This document shows, piece by piece, positions 17,947 to 26,967 of a stretch of 64,000 nt of DNA. The notes below the pieces were generated by a model. That model was not told the DNA's origin. It saw only the letters and a list, made by a program, of their open reading frames with translations, and ran no database searches. The stretch spans positions 2,912,001 to 2,976,000 of the forward strand of contig OZ245015.1 of assembly GCA_965223705.1 (NCBI GenBank), given 5' to 3'. Every line of letters starts with the position of its first letter. Within the stretch, counting starts at the first letter, position 1. This DNA is from Myxococcota bacterium (lineage in GTDB: Bacteria > Myxococcota_A > UBA9160 > UBA6930). The position numbers and the translations under genes are program-made.

Positions 17947-18635
17947 GACGGGACGACGCTTTCGGCACCGCCGCGCCCCGACGCCAGGAGTGCCGCGGAA
18001 AGTTCGCGCTGGCAGTGAACGAGCGTCGCGTGGTGGGACGCTCTCGAAGCCTCACTCGCTGCGGCGGCGATGGCGAGGGCCAGCCCGTAGCGACACTGCG
18101 CGCGCAGGCCCGCCGTCGAGAGGAGCCCATTGCTCCAGGCCTCGAGCGCGATGAGATAGTCGAAGAAATGTTGTCGTGCGAGCAAGTCCACCCGGACGCC
18201 GAGCGCGATATCCCCGGCGGTGGTCGCGGCGCGGAGGACTTCCGCCATGCCGTCGATGCAATGCGCCCAGACCTGGGGGGTGAGCTGGGGATCGCTCTGT
18301 TCCCAAAGCGCTCGCAGAAGACCGCGGCCGTACACGGGATCTTCGGTCTGCTCGTCGATCGCACAATCGAGGATCGCGAACGCCAAATCGACCGGCGGCA
18401 TGTCCGGTAGCGCCTGAATCCGCTCCTCCGTGCGCTCCACCGTCTCGACCAATAGGGCGTGAAGCACTCCGCCCTTCCCGCCGAACAAGTTGTAGGGCGT
18501 CACGAGTCCGACACCGGCTTCGCGCGCCAGGGAGCGCATCGCCAACCCGCCGGGCCCTCCCCTTCGGATGAGCCGTTTCGCCGCGCTCAAGATTCTCCGG
18601 CGCCGCTCGTCTTGCTGCTTCTCTCGCAATCCCAT
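17943..18635 (-). CDS. TetR/AcrR family transcriptional regulator
   Basis: N-terminal HTH: RRRRILSAAKRLI...MRSLAREAGVGLVTPYNLFGGK. Confidence 0.9.
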   Translation of the reverse strand: MGLREKQQDERRRRILSAAKRLIRRGGPGGLAMRSLAREAGVGLVTPYNLFGGKGGVLHALLVETVERTEERIQALPDMPPVDLAFAILDCAIDEQTEDPVYGRGLLRALWEQSDPQLTPQVWAHCIDGMAEVLRAATTAGDIALGVRVDLLARQHFFDYLIALEAWSNGLLSTAGLRAQCRYGLALAIAAAASEASRASHHATLVHCQRELSAALLASGRGGAESVVPS

Positions 18636-18668
18636 AACGCGTTATGATTGTATAACGTGTTATGGGAT
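18629..18668. promoter_or_regulatory. tandem TetR-type operators within a 40-bp near-palindrome overlapping the tetR start codon and a divergent promoter
   Basis: ATCCCATAACGCGTTATGATTGTATAACGTGTTATGGGAT: perfect 14-bp palindrome CATAACGCGTTATG plus second copy TATAACGTGTTATG; the outer 10-bp arms are exact reverse complements. Confidence 0.8.
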
Positions 18669-19216
18669 GGGTGAACGCGTATTCGATGTCAGCGATGAGG
18701 CTCGCCGCTATCGGTGCTGTGTGGCTCGTCATGAGCGCCTGCAGCGGCATCCAGAAGCATGAGGGCGGTTACATCTTCGTCCCCGAGGTTGAAGGCGACG
18801 CCGTCGAGCAGGAAGTCGAATCCCTGATGCGCGCCGAAACCGGAGTGTGGCTGGGAATGCCTCGGGGTATCGCCGAAGACATCCTCAACGATCGTTTTGG
18901 ACTCACGAGCGGCCGACAGCCGAGCTCCGGCGGGATCGAGACGCTCGTCGCCCCGGGTGGGGGCTACGTCTACCTCCTCTACTACAAAGGACCGCCGGGG
19001 AGCGGCAAGATCCTGGTCTGCGGGCTTCAGATGCGCGGCGTCGGCGAAGACCCGCCGCCGCTCATGTCACCCGCCGGCGTTCGGCAACATCTCGGCGGGA
19101 AGAGCTACCGACGCACGGCGGAACGCGTTGTTTCTGTCTCCGATCGCGAGATCTTGTTCCTCGACCGCGAACACTGTCCGGAGCGCGATCCGGGACCGCC
19201 GCGCCGAACCGACTAG
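18662..19216 (+). CDS. hypothetical lipoprotein (true start may be 18686 or 18695)
   Basis: MRLAAIGAVWLVMSAC lipobox-like signal; fills the gap between tetR and the HEAT-repeat gene. Confidence 0.6.
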   Translation: MGWVNAYSMSAMRLAAIGAVWLVMSACSGIQKHEGGYIFVPEVEGDAVEQEVESLMRAETGVWLGMPRGIAEDILNDRFGLTSGRQPSSGGIETLVAPGGGYVYLLYYKGPPGSGKILVCGLQMRGVGEDPPPLMSPAGVRQHLGGKSYRRTAERVVSVSDREILFLDREHCPERDPGPPRRTD

Positions 19217-20397
19217 AGTCGCGCCTGGGTGGGGCTGAGCGCGCCCGTCCCCTCTTCGTAGCCGCCGTCCTGGTTGTAGATGACGGCCCACGCGGCCATG
19301 ACTCGAACCGGGAGGCTCGTGTCGTCGAGTGCGCCCGCCGCCAGTTCGCGCTCCTCGGCTCGCCCTCGCCAGCCCACGGCCCACAAACTCTGCAACCGCA
19401 GATGCTCCGCCTGCCCTGGCTCGACGCCGCGCGCGAGTGTCTCGCGCGCCTCCATGTCGCGAGCCCATCCCAATGCCTCGATCACCCGGCCGGCGGCGAT
19501 CTCGTCGACGGAGCCGTCGGCGACAACCAGGTTCGCGAGCTCCAGAATGATGTCGCCGCTCGAGCGGCGGAGCGCGCCCGCGGCGATCGATGCCAGTCGC
19601 TCGTCGTTGCCGAGCACCTGCCCGCGCAGGTAGTCCTTCGCTTCTCGGACGCCTTGGCGTGCGCGGCTGGCAGAAGCCGCGATGCGAACCCGCGGTGAGG
19701 GATCTCGTGCGAGCTTCTCGAGTGCATCCCGCGACCATTCCGTCGGCTCAAGCGCCAGGCAGGCTGCCGCGATCTCTCGCTGGAGCTCTCCACTGGCTCT
19801 GAGCAGAGGCTCGACCATTGCGGGAATCTTCGCGCTGCCCAGCGAAGAGGCCGCGTAGATCGCGTAGGCGCGCATCCGCGGATCGTCCAGCTTCGAGATG
19901 TACTCCTCCACGACAGGGAGTAGCTCCGGGTTCCTCGAGTTCGCCGCCGCGTCCAAGGCCGCAACCTGCATGTTCGGTTGACCGGTGCGGATCGCCGACT
20001 CGATCAACGCCACGGCGTCCGTTCTCGGCGTAATGCGAAGACCTTCGAGGACCGAGCGCGTGAGCTCGGGGCTCTGCGTCGAATGGCGTTCGAACCACTG
20101 GATGGCACGCGGGCCTCGCACGGTGAGCACCGCGCCAACCGCGGCTTGCCGTGCGAGCTCCGCGCCGCTGGTGAGCGCATCCAGCAACACCTCTTCGCCT
20201 TCGACAGAGCCGCCGCTCAAGAGGATGCCTGCGGCGACGACGCGGTCGTAGCGGTCGACGTCTTCGAGGGCCAACGCATCTCGGGCAACCTGGAGCGCGC
20301 GCTCGCGCAGCTCGGCGTCCGGTCCTTGGCACCCCGTACCCAACGAGACAAGCAGCGAAAGAGCGGCAGAGAGAAGGAGGGGCTGGCAACGTCGCAT
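19213..20397 (-). CDS. HEAT-repeat lipoprotein
   Basis: LLVSLGTGC lipobox; repeated HEAT-like units (LARDPSPRVRIAASAS, ALDDTSLPVRVMAAWAV); GGAG RBS. Confidence 0.75.
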   Translation of the reverse strand: MRRCQPLLLSAALSLLVSLGTGCQGPDAELRERALQVARDALALEDVDRYDRVVAAGILLSGGSVEGEEVLLDALTSGAELARQAAVGAVLTVRGPRAIQWFERHSTQSPELTRSVLEGLRITPRTDAVALIESAIRTGQPNMQVAALDAAANSRNPELLPVVEEYISKLDDPRMRAYAIYAASSLGSAKIPAMVEPLLRASGELQREIAAACLALEPTEWSRDALEKLARDPSPRVRIAASASRARQGVREAKDYLRGQVLGNDERLASIAAGALRRSSGDIILELANLVVADGSVDEIAAGRVIEALGWARDMEARETLARGVEPGQAEHLRLQSLWAVGWRGRAEERELAAGALDDTSLPVRVMAAWAVIYNQDGGYEEGTGALSPTQARL

Positions 20398-20433
20398 GGA
20401 TTCTCCGTTCAGAATGAGGCCTTCCCAGCGGGC

Positions 20434-20439
20434 ATTTTA
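20434..20439 (-). promoter_or_regulatory. putative -10 element (TAAAAT) for the HEAT lipoprotein gene
   Basis: TAAAAT on the minus strand downstream of the terminator and about 37 nt before the ATG. Confidence 0.4.
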
Positions 20440-20491
20440 CACCTCCTGGAGATACGCCTCGAACCGCGGTTTGGACGCCGTCCGCGGGGCC

Positions 20492-20530
20492 AAAAAGGAA
20501 GGGGCTGGGCGGCACCTGCCACCCAGCCCC
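20492..20530 (-). terminator. intrinsic terminator downstream of the DUF1302-like gene
   Basis: Minus strand GGGGCTGGGTGGCA-gg-TGCCGCCCAGCCCC followed by TTCCTTTTT. Confidence 0.8.
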
Positions 20531-20566
20531 TATCCAGGATGCTTCCTTCGCTAGGCGAAAGACTGC

Positions 20567-22786
20567 TTAGAACGAGTACCGAATCCGGAAGAACACCTCG
20601 TCCTGGTTCCGGATGTTGCTCAGGCCTTCCTGGATGGCGCCTCGCACGTTCGTGGGCGTGCCATCTCCAAGCGGCAGAAATGTACCATCCGCTTGAGGAT
20701 CGACCGTGAACCCCGTGAAAGGTCCGATGGCATGGCTGTCTTCTTGGGGGGTCCCCCAGATGACGTTCACGCCGCCGAGAATGCTCCAGTTGTTGGTGAG
20801 CAGGTATTGCAGCTGAAAACCCGATACCCAAGCCCCCGAGGCCTCCTCCCAAACGATGAAGCCCTGTGGCGTCAATCGATCGCGCATGTACTGGCCCTGG
20901 ATGAAGAGCGTCAGGATCCAGTTGTGCCGGTCGATCGGCATGCCGCTCTGGTTGTTCCCCTCATGGTCCTTCCAGTACGTGTGGAAGATCTGGCTCGAAA
21001 TAAAGAACGTCCGGTTCGGGTTCAAGAACTTGATGAACGTCGGTCGATCCATACCTAACGCGAACTGAATGAGATCCGACTCGTCGAACCAGTTCAGCTT
21101 GTTCGTATTCGTGATCGGTACGTCGTTACTCCAAGACGACTCGAGGCGGAACACGATGCCGGTGAAGTCATCGAAGTAGTCGACGGCGAGCCCCAGCGTG
21201 TTCACCTTGTTGTAGTCGAGGAAGATCGAGCCACCCGGGGTCAGGAAACCGCCGAAGGCCGAATAGAACGCCTGCGGATCGTTGTGGGCGTTGTTCGCCA
21301 GCGCCACCACGGCCGGGTTGGTCGAGTTTTGCGCCAGGGCCACGACCTCTTCCGGCGAGCCGACGAAGGCCGGGATGTTGCCCAGGGCCGCCGAGCAGCC
21401 CGCTGCGGCGGCCGCCGCGGCGGCGCGGTCGAACCACAGACAGTCGTTCGTCGGAATCCCGGTAGCGACGTTCTGGCTCAGTGTGATCGTGTTCCAGCGG
21501 ACCTCAGGCGTATCCCAGGTGCCCCAGTGGTTGGTGAGCGCGAAACGGATCTTCCAGATCCTCGCCTCGAAGCGCACCGCGATCTCGGTGTTGTCGAACT
21601 TCCAGGCCGGCAGGTTCTCACCGCCCGCCAGGCCCGCCGGTGTGCCAAAGCCCGAAGGCAACACACCGGAGCCGAAACCGTCCGGATCGGCTCCACCACA
21701 TGCGATCTGGCCGTCACCGGCCGTGGCCGGATTGAAGTCCGTACCGCCCGGAGCGCAGGGTTCCACGCTGAAGTAGGTATTGAACAGCGCGAAGGTTCCG
21801 ATCTGGCGACCGAAGAAATCGAATGCCCAGCCGTGATACGGCGCGCCGCCGCCTACCCGCTGGAAGCGGTCGAAGTTCCAGATCAACTGGATCGCGGTAT
21901 CGGTCAGCGGCCCGATCGAACCCGGGCGCCACTGCGCCGAGATCATCCACTGCGGAATCCGGATATCTTCGAAGGAATCGAAGAAGAAGTGCTGTCCAAA
22001 GTCCACCGGGTTGATGACGTCCTGGAGGCGGAAAAAGTCCGTCTTTCCCCACACGATCTGCTGCTTGCCCGCGCGGATCCAGACGTCGCCGATGCGCAGG
22101 TCCATGTATAGCTCGCGCACCGGGTACAGGCGTCCGTTCGAGTCCGTTGCCCCGAAGGCGACGTCGAGATGGTCGTCGTCGACGTCCTGACACTTGGGAC
22201 AATTAAGATTTCGATCGCTCAGAGGAAACGTGAGCGGGAAGTTTGCGTCTTCAAGCACGGCAAACTCTTCGAAGAAGCTCGGTCCCTCGACCCCGTGCAG
22301 GACGATCTTCTCGAGACCGCCTGTGGCTGTGATCGCAGGCTGCCCGATGGCACGACCGGCAGCGAAGTCGAGACCACCGAAGGCAACCGGGTCGCTACCG
22401 TAGGAGAGGCGGCCCGAGTCAGCGGGCGTATTGTCGGCGTCCCGGCCCACGTGGCCGTTCGAAATATCCTCACCGTAGTACTGCGCCCAGTCGAACTGAG
22501 GTCGCAACACTGTCGTGATTGCGATCTCGTCGAACAGCCCGACTTCTTCCCAGGTGATGGTCGCCTCTACCTGGAGCCGTGTGATCAGCTGATTGAGGTA
22601 GGTGGAGCCACCATCTTCAAACGTGTGAATGCGAGCTTCCGCGTCTGCGAAGCCGGCGACCTCGAGTTCGCCACCGAGAACTTCCCAGGTGTAACCCGCG
22701 CGCGCCTGTTGGCTGGCGCCCAGAGCGACGGCCATGACGGCGGCGAACAAAAATGTCGCGCCTCGACCCATGAGTTGAACGAGCAT
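20567..22786 (-). CDS. DUF1302-like outer-membrane beta-barrel protein
   Basis: Signal peptide, RELYMDL, RAGKQQIVWGKTDFFRLQDVINPVD, EDIRIPQW, C-terminal FFRIRYSF (BAM signal); strong GAGGAGG RBS before ATG 22786. Confidence 0.8.
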   Translation of the reverse strand: MLVQLMGRGATFLFAAVMAVALGASQQARAGYTWEVLGGELEVAGFADAEARIHTFEDGGSTYLNQLITRLQVEATITWEEVGLFDEIAITTVLRPQFDWAQYYGEDISNGHVGRDADNTPADSGRLSYGSDPVAFGGLDFAAGRAIGQPAITATGGLEKIVLHGVEGPSFFEEFAVLEDANFPLTFPLSDRNLNCPKCQDVDDDHLDVAFGATDSNGRLYPVRELYMDLRIGDVWIRAGKQQIVWGKTDFFRLQDVINPVDFGQHFFFDSFEDIRIPQWMISAQWRPGSIGPLTDTAIQLIWNFDRFQRVGGGAPYHGWAFDFFGRQIGTFALFNTYFSVEPCAPGGTDFNPATAGDGQIACGGADPDGFGSGVLPSGFGTPAGLAGGENLPAWKFDNTEIAVRFEARIWKIRFALTNHWGTWDTPEVRWNTITLSQNVATGIPTNDCLWFDRAAAAAAAAGCSAALGNIPAFVGSPEEVVALAQNSTNPAVVALANNAHNDPQAFYSAFGGFLTPGGSIFLDYNKVNTLGLAVDYFDDFTGIVFRLESSWSNDVPITNTNKLNWFDESDLIQFALGMDRPTFIKFLNPNRTFFISSQIFHTYWKDHEGNNQSGMPIDRHNWILTLFIQGQYMRDRLTPQGFIVWEEASGAWVSGFQLQYLLTNNWSILGGVNVIWGTPQEDSHAIGPFTGFTVDPQADGTFLPLGDGTPTNVRGAIQEGLSNIRNQDEVFFRIRYSF

Positions 22787-22913
22787 CAAATCCCCTCCTC
22801 GGTCCGGAACCACTGAGGGGGGCACCCCCGGGGTCCGGCCAGCTCGCTGATTAAAGCATTCCCCCGCAAGGATTTAAAGCATCTTTTGCGGGTTTCTTCG
22901 TCTTTCGGGGCGT

Positions 22914-25583
22914 CTAAGCCCCGGCCGGTTCGCGTACCGCCTCTCCGGCCTGCTCTGCTCCCTGATCCTTGATGAACTTGGGTTGGAAGATACGGATCAT
23001 CATCGGGAGGATCGTGATCGCACCGATCATGTGGCCGCCCATCAGGAGTGTGAGGAGCAGCGCCATTTCCGAGTTGAAGCGGAGCGCCGATCCCACAATC
23101 CAGTAGAAGATGCCGGCGACGACCGTGATCGCCGTAAACACCACGGCAGCCCCCGTCGTCGACAGCGTCTTCACGATGGCGTCGTTCACGGACATCTCGC
23201 GCGCCTCCTCGCGGATGCGGTCGAGGATGTAGATCGCGTAATCGACGCCGATCCCGATGCCGACAGCCGTGACCGGAAGCGTGTTGACGTTGAGCCCGAT
23301 GCCGCGGATCCCCATGTACGCGCGGTTCACCAGCACGGCGATCATCAGCACGACGAACACCAACGCCGGCGCCGTAAAGGACCGGTAGGTGATGAACACC
23401 GACGCCATCACCACGACCAGAATGAGCGCCGTCTGGATCAGCTCCGAGTGCTCGATCTCCTCGTTCGCCGCCGCCGTCACTCCGACGTAACCGCCGGCCA
23501 GCTTGTACTCGATCCCCTCGAGCGGGTTCTCCTCGATGAACTCCTTCACGGCCGCGACCGCGCGGGTCACCGTTTGACCCGTCGCGTCCTTGAAGAACGT
23601 GACGAAGTTCGCCTTCTGCGCCGGGTAGTCGACGTACTCGAGAATGACGCCGGGGATGGCCGCACCCGCTTCGTACATGAAGAGAATGTTGCCGATGTCC
23701 GAGGCCGATTCGGGAAGTGCCGACCAACGGGGGTCGTCGAAGTGATAGAGACGGTTGATCGAGCGGACCAGCGTCGGCACGTCACGCGTACCGCCCGCGC
23801 CGAGCACGCCCATCATGTGCTGACGGAACTTCTCGACGGTGCGCACGACGTCGGGGCGCTTCATCTCGTGCTCCTTGGTACCGACCAAGTAGACAGACAG
23901 CTGGTTCGCTCCCGCGAAGCGATCGTTGATCGCCGCCGCGGCGACGTTGTAGTCGCTGTCCTGGAAGACGATCGGGGAACCCGGGAGGTTCTCGCCGACG
24001 ACCACGTCTTTCGCGTACCAGAGCGAGCCGAACACGAGGACGGCCGTGATGATTCCCACCGGCACGTTCGAGCGCGGTGAAACCAGGAAGTTCCCCAGAT
24101 GCCACATCACACGCTGGGCGAACGGCTCGGGAGAACCGTCCGCGCGGTGGCCCGCCGAAGCGGCCGTGGTCGTGGGTGCCATCAAGTGCGCGATGCACCA
24201 CGGAAGGAGCAGCGGCACCGAAACGATGTTGCTGCCCGACCAGAAGCAACAGAAGATTCCGAGCTTCGCGATGATCGGGATCGACGATACCGCGAGCACC
24301 AAGAGCCCCGCCGCGTCCGTGAAGATCGCGATGAAGCTCGGCGTGATGAGCTCGCCCATCGTGTTGATCACCGCGGGCTTGCGCTCGTAGCCCGCCCGCA
24401 ACTCGTCGCGGTAGCGCTCGAGGAACTGCACCGCGTGGCTCGCTGTCCGCGCGGAGATCAAAATCGGTACCACGAGGATCAGCGGGTCGAGGTTGTACCC
24501 GAGCCAACCGACGAACCCGAGGCCCCACACCGCGGACAGGCCCGTCGAGATAACCGGCAGAATCAGCCCCGGGAGTGACCGGAAGTAGAGCAGGAGGAGG
24601 GTTCCGAAGAGCACTGCGGTAACGCCGAAGATGAACGCCAGCTGATCGGAGTGGTGGTAGATCCAACCCTTCAGCATCGGTTCACCGGCGGTGTAGAGCC
24701 TGGTCTTCGGTTCGCCCGCCGGTTCATTTGCGGCCATCACCGCTTCGTGCATGGGATCGTAGATCTCACGCCAACCCGGAACAGGATCTTCGCCTTCCGC
24801 GATCTCCGCGTCGAAAGCCGCCGCGAGCTGATCGAGCGGAGCGCTCTCCACTTCGAAGTTCTGCTCGGCGATCACCTTCTTGAAGTTGTTGAGTGCTCGT
24901 TTGGCTTTCGAGGTCTCTCCTGTGTCGATCTGCCAACCCAGGATGTCGAGTGCTCGCGCGACCCAGAAGTTGTCGGATTCCACGAGCCAGCGGAGCGCTC
25001 GCAGTCTGCCGAACACCTCGTTGTAATCGAGGCGGTCTTCATCGAAGCCCGCGAGCACCATCGCAGCCTTTCCGTCTTCGGAGAGGTAGGTGCCGTAGAC
25101 GATGTCGTTGTTGAACATCTCCTCGCGGAGACTCTTCAGCACCTCATCCTTTTTTGGGATGCGGCGCGGCAACACCGGTTCGGATTTCACGAGGCCGCCG
25201 GCCGTCGTGATGATCCGGCGAATCTTGCGGTGCGCGATGCTCGCCACCTGGTAGTGGTTCACGCCCTTGATCTTGTCGACTTCGTCGTTCAGGTAACGAA
25301 CTTTCGACAGCGCTTCCTCGGTAAAGATGTCTTCGCCGGTGGCCTCGAGGGACATCGTCACCACGTTGGCGCCGCCGAACGTGTCGCGCATCTCGTTGTA
25401 CGTGCGGATGTACTCGTGACGCTGCGGGAGAAGATCCGCGAACCGCGAGAACACCTCGATCGAGGGAATCTTGTAGGCGAGTACCGCCGTGGGAATCGCC
25501 ATCAAGATGAGCGAAATGACGGGGTGCTCGATCCACCACTTCGCGAAGTTATATGTCCAGCCTGAGGTTCGATCGTCTGACAT
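22914..25583 (-). CDS. MMPL/RND-family transporter
   Basis: Two-repeat RND topology; LDPLILVVPILISARTASHAVQ, GIGIGVDYAIYI, TGAAVVFTAIT. Confidence 0.9.
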   Translation of the reverse strand: MSDDRTSGWTYNFAKWWIEHPVISLILMAIPTAVLAYKIPSIEVFSRFADLLPQRHEYIRTYNEMRDTFGGANVVTMSLEATGEDIFTEEALSKVRYLNDEVDKIKGVNHYQVASIAHRKIRRIITTAGGLVKSEPVLPRRIPKKDEVLKSLREEMFNNDIVYGTYLSEDGKAAMVLAGFDEDRLDYNEVFGRLRALRWLVESDNFWVARALDILGWQIDTGETSKAKRALNNFKKVIAEQNFEVESAPLDQLAAAFDAEIAEGEDPVPGWREIYDPMHEAVMAANEPAGEPKTRLYTAGEPMLKGWIYHHSDQLAFIFGVTAVLFGTLLLLYFRSLPGLILPVISTGLSAVWGLGFVGWLGYNLDPLILVVPILISARTASHAVQFLERYRDELRAGYERKPAVINTMGELITPSFIAIFTDAAGLLVLAVSSIPIIAKLGIFCCFWSGSNIVSVPLLLPWCIAHLMAPTTTAASAGHRADGSPEPFAQRVMWHLGNFLVSPRSNVPVGIITAVLVFGSLWYAKDVVVGENLPGSPIVFQDSDYNVAAAAINDRFAGANQLSVYLVGTKEHEMKRPDVVRTVEKFRQHMMGVLGAGGTRDVPTLVRSINRLYHFDDPRWSALPESASDIGNILFMYEAGAAIPGVILEYVDYPAQKANFVTFFKDATGQTVTRAVAAVKEFIEENPLEGIEYKLAGGYVGVTAAANEEIEHSELIQTALILVVVMASVFITYRSFTAPALVFVVLMIAVLVNRAYMGIRGIGLNVNTLPVTAVGIGIGVDYAIYILDRIREEAREMSVNDAIVKTLSTTGAAVVFTAITVVAGIFYWIVGSALRFNSEMALLLTLLMGGHMIGAITILPMMIRIFQPKFIKDQGAEQAGEAVREPAGA

Positions 25584-25595
25584 GGTGCGATACTC

Positions 25596-26918
25596 CTAAG
25601 CGTTGTCGTCGTTCAGACGAATCTGGCAGCGTTCCCAGCCGGAATTGCCTTTGCGAAACACGCAGCTACCGCGCCCACCGAGAGCGAGCAGCGTGTTGTC
25701 TTCCAATACGAGGATGGGCTTGAGCCACGAATAGAGCTCGAGCGCGGAACGGTCGACGAGCTTCCACCCCTCGCCCTCGACCTCTCCGAGCAACCCGACG
25801 GCGCCGACGATCAGCGGCGACGAGTTCGCGAGGAGGTGCGTCCCGAAGATGCCCGCCGTGCCCGCAGGTTGCGGCCTCGAGGACCACGTGACGCCGCGGT
25901 CGTCGCTGCGTTGGTTGGCACCGGCCGCTCCGACGAGAACGATGGTGTCGCCCTTCCCCGTGGAATCGATCCAATACGGGAGGTCGGGGTCTCGCGCGGA
26001 GAGCGATGCGCCGCGGCGTGCCCACGTAGCGCCGTCATCTTCGCTCTGAAGAATGAGTCCGAACTCACCCGCGGCCGTGATGAGGTCTCCCTGGAAGACC
26101 ATCGTGCTGATCGTGAAGTCGCCGGCCTGGAACGCCGCGCCGGGCCGGAAGTCGAAGGTGATCGTCGGCGCGGGCTCGGCGTCGAGCTCGTTGACGATCT
26201 CGATGACGCCGTCCTCGCTGACGATGAAATCCTTGTCGAGTTCGGCCGGGCGTCCGTTGACGTTGCCGGCGAGTACGATGGACTCGCGGAGAATGTTCGC
26301 GACGCCGGTGAACCAAACACCCGGGTTCGTGTTCGGGAAGGGCAGCGGGGGTTGGTTCACGGTATCCGGGGCGGCGTCCTGAAAGGTCTTTCCACCGTCG
26401 CGCGACACCGCGAGGATGCCTCGCCCGCCAGCGGCCCAGATCGACCTGATGTTGCCCGATGAATCGCGCCGCACGCCCATGGTGAGGACGGCGTCGTTCC
26501 CGATGTTCTGCACCTGAGAGAGCGTGCCGTTTTCGAAGCGGAGAATATTGCCCGACGCACTCGCGACCAGCGCCGAGCCATCGGGCAAGGCGACGACGTC
26601 CATCAGGTCTTCGGTGACGTCCGTCTCGACGAGCTCGGCTTTCGAGACTTCCGACCCGTTGAACGTGATGAGGGCGACCATGCCGAACTCGCCGACGCCC
26701 AAGATCTGGTCGCTTCCAACGAGCTGAACCGCAGCGATCACATCGTTCGAAAACTGCAGCCGTCGGTCCCACGAAGGCGTCGGTGCCGCCTCTTGGGCGA
26801 ACGACGCAGACGCGACGAGGCTAGAGCTCATGCAGAGGAGGAGAAGCAGGACGAGTTCCTTGCTTCTCGGTACCCGGCGAACCGGGACCGATACGAGGGG
26901 CGCGTGTCGTTGTGTCAT
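25596..26918 (-). CDS. YCF48-like / BNR-repeat periplasmic beta-propeller protein
   Basis: Asp-box repeats SRDGGKTF, SEDDGATW, SDDRGVTW; VGEFG and AGEFG motifs; signal peptide. Confidence 0.8.
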   Translation of the reverse strand: MTQRHAPLVSVPVRRVPRSKELVLLLLLCMSSSLVASASFAQEAAPTPSWDRRLQFSNDVIAAVQLVGSDQILGVGEFGMVALITFNGSEVSKAELVETDVTEDLMDVVALPDGSALVASASGNILRFENGTLSQVQNIGNDAVLTMGVRRDSSGNIRSIWAAGGRGILAVSRDGGKTFQDAAPDTVNQPPLPFPNTNPGVWFTGVANILRESIVLAGNVNGRPAELDKDFIVSEDGVIEIVNELDAEPAPTITFDFRPGAAFQAGDFTISTMVFQGDLITAAGEFGLILQSEDDGATWARRGASLSARDPDLPYWIDSTGKGDTIVLVGAAGANQRSDDRGVTWSSRPQPAGTAGIFGTHLLANSSPLIVGAVGLLGEVEGEGWKLVDRSALELYSWLKPILVLEDNTLLALGGRGSCVFRKGNSGWERCQIRLNDDNA

Positions 26919-26967
26919 GGGGGTCTTGAAGTCGTCCGTGTGAGTGTTGGGTGGTTGTTGGGTCGTT

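Noticed and set aside
21400..21430. GCC-type repeat encoding a poly-Ala run in the DUF1302-like protein
   Set aside because: Mixed codons, in frame; looks like a low-complexity loop rather than a phase-variable tract.
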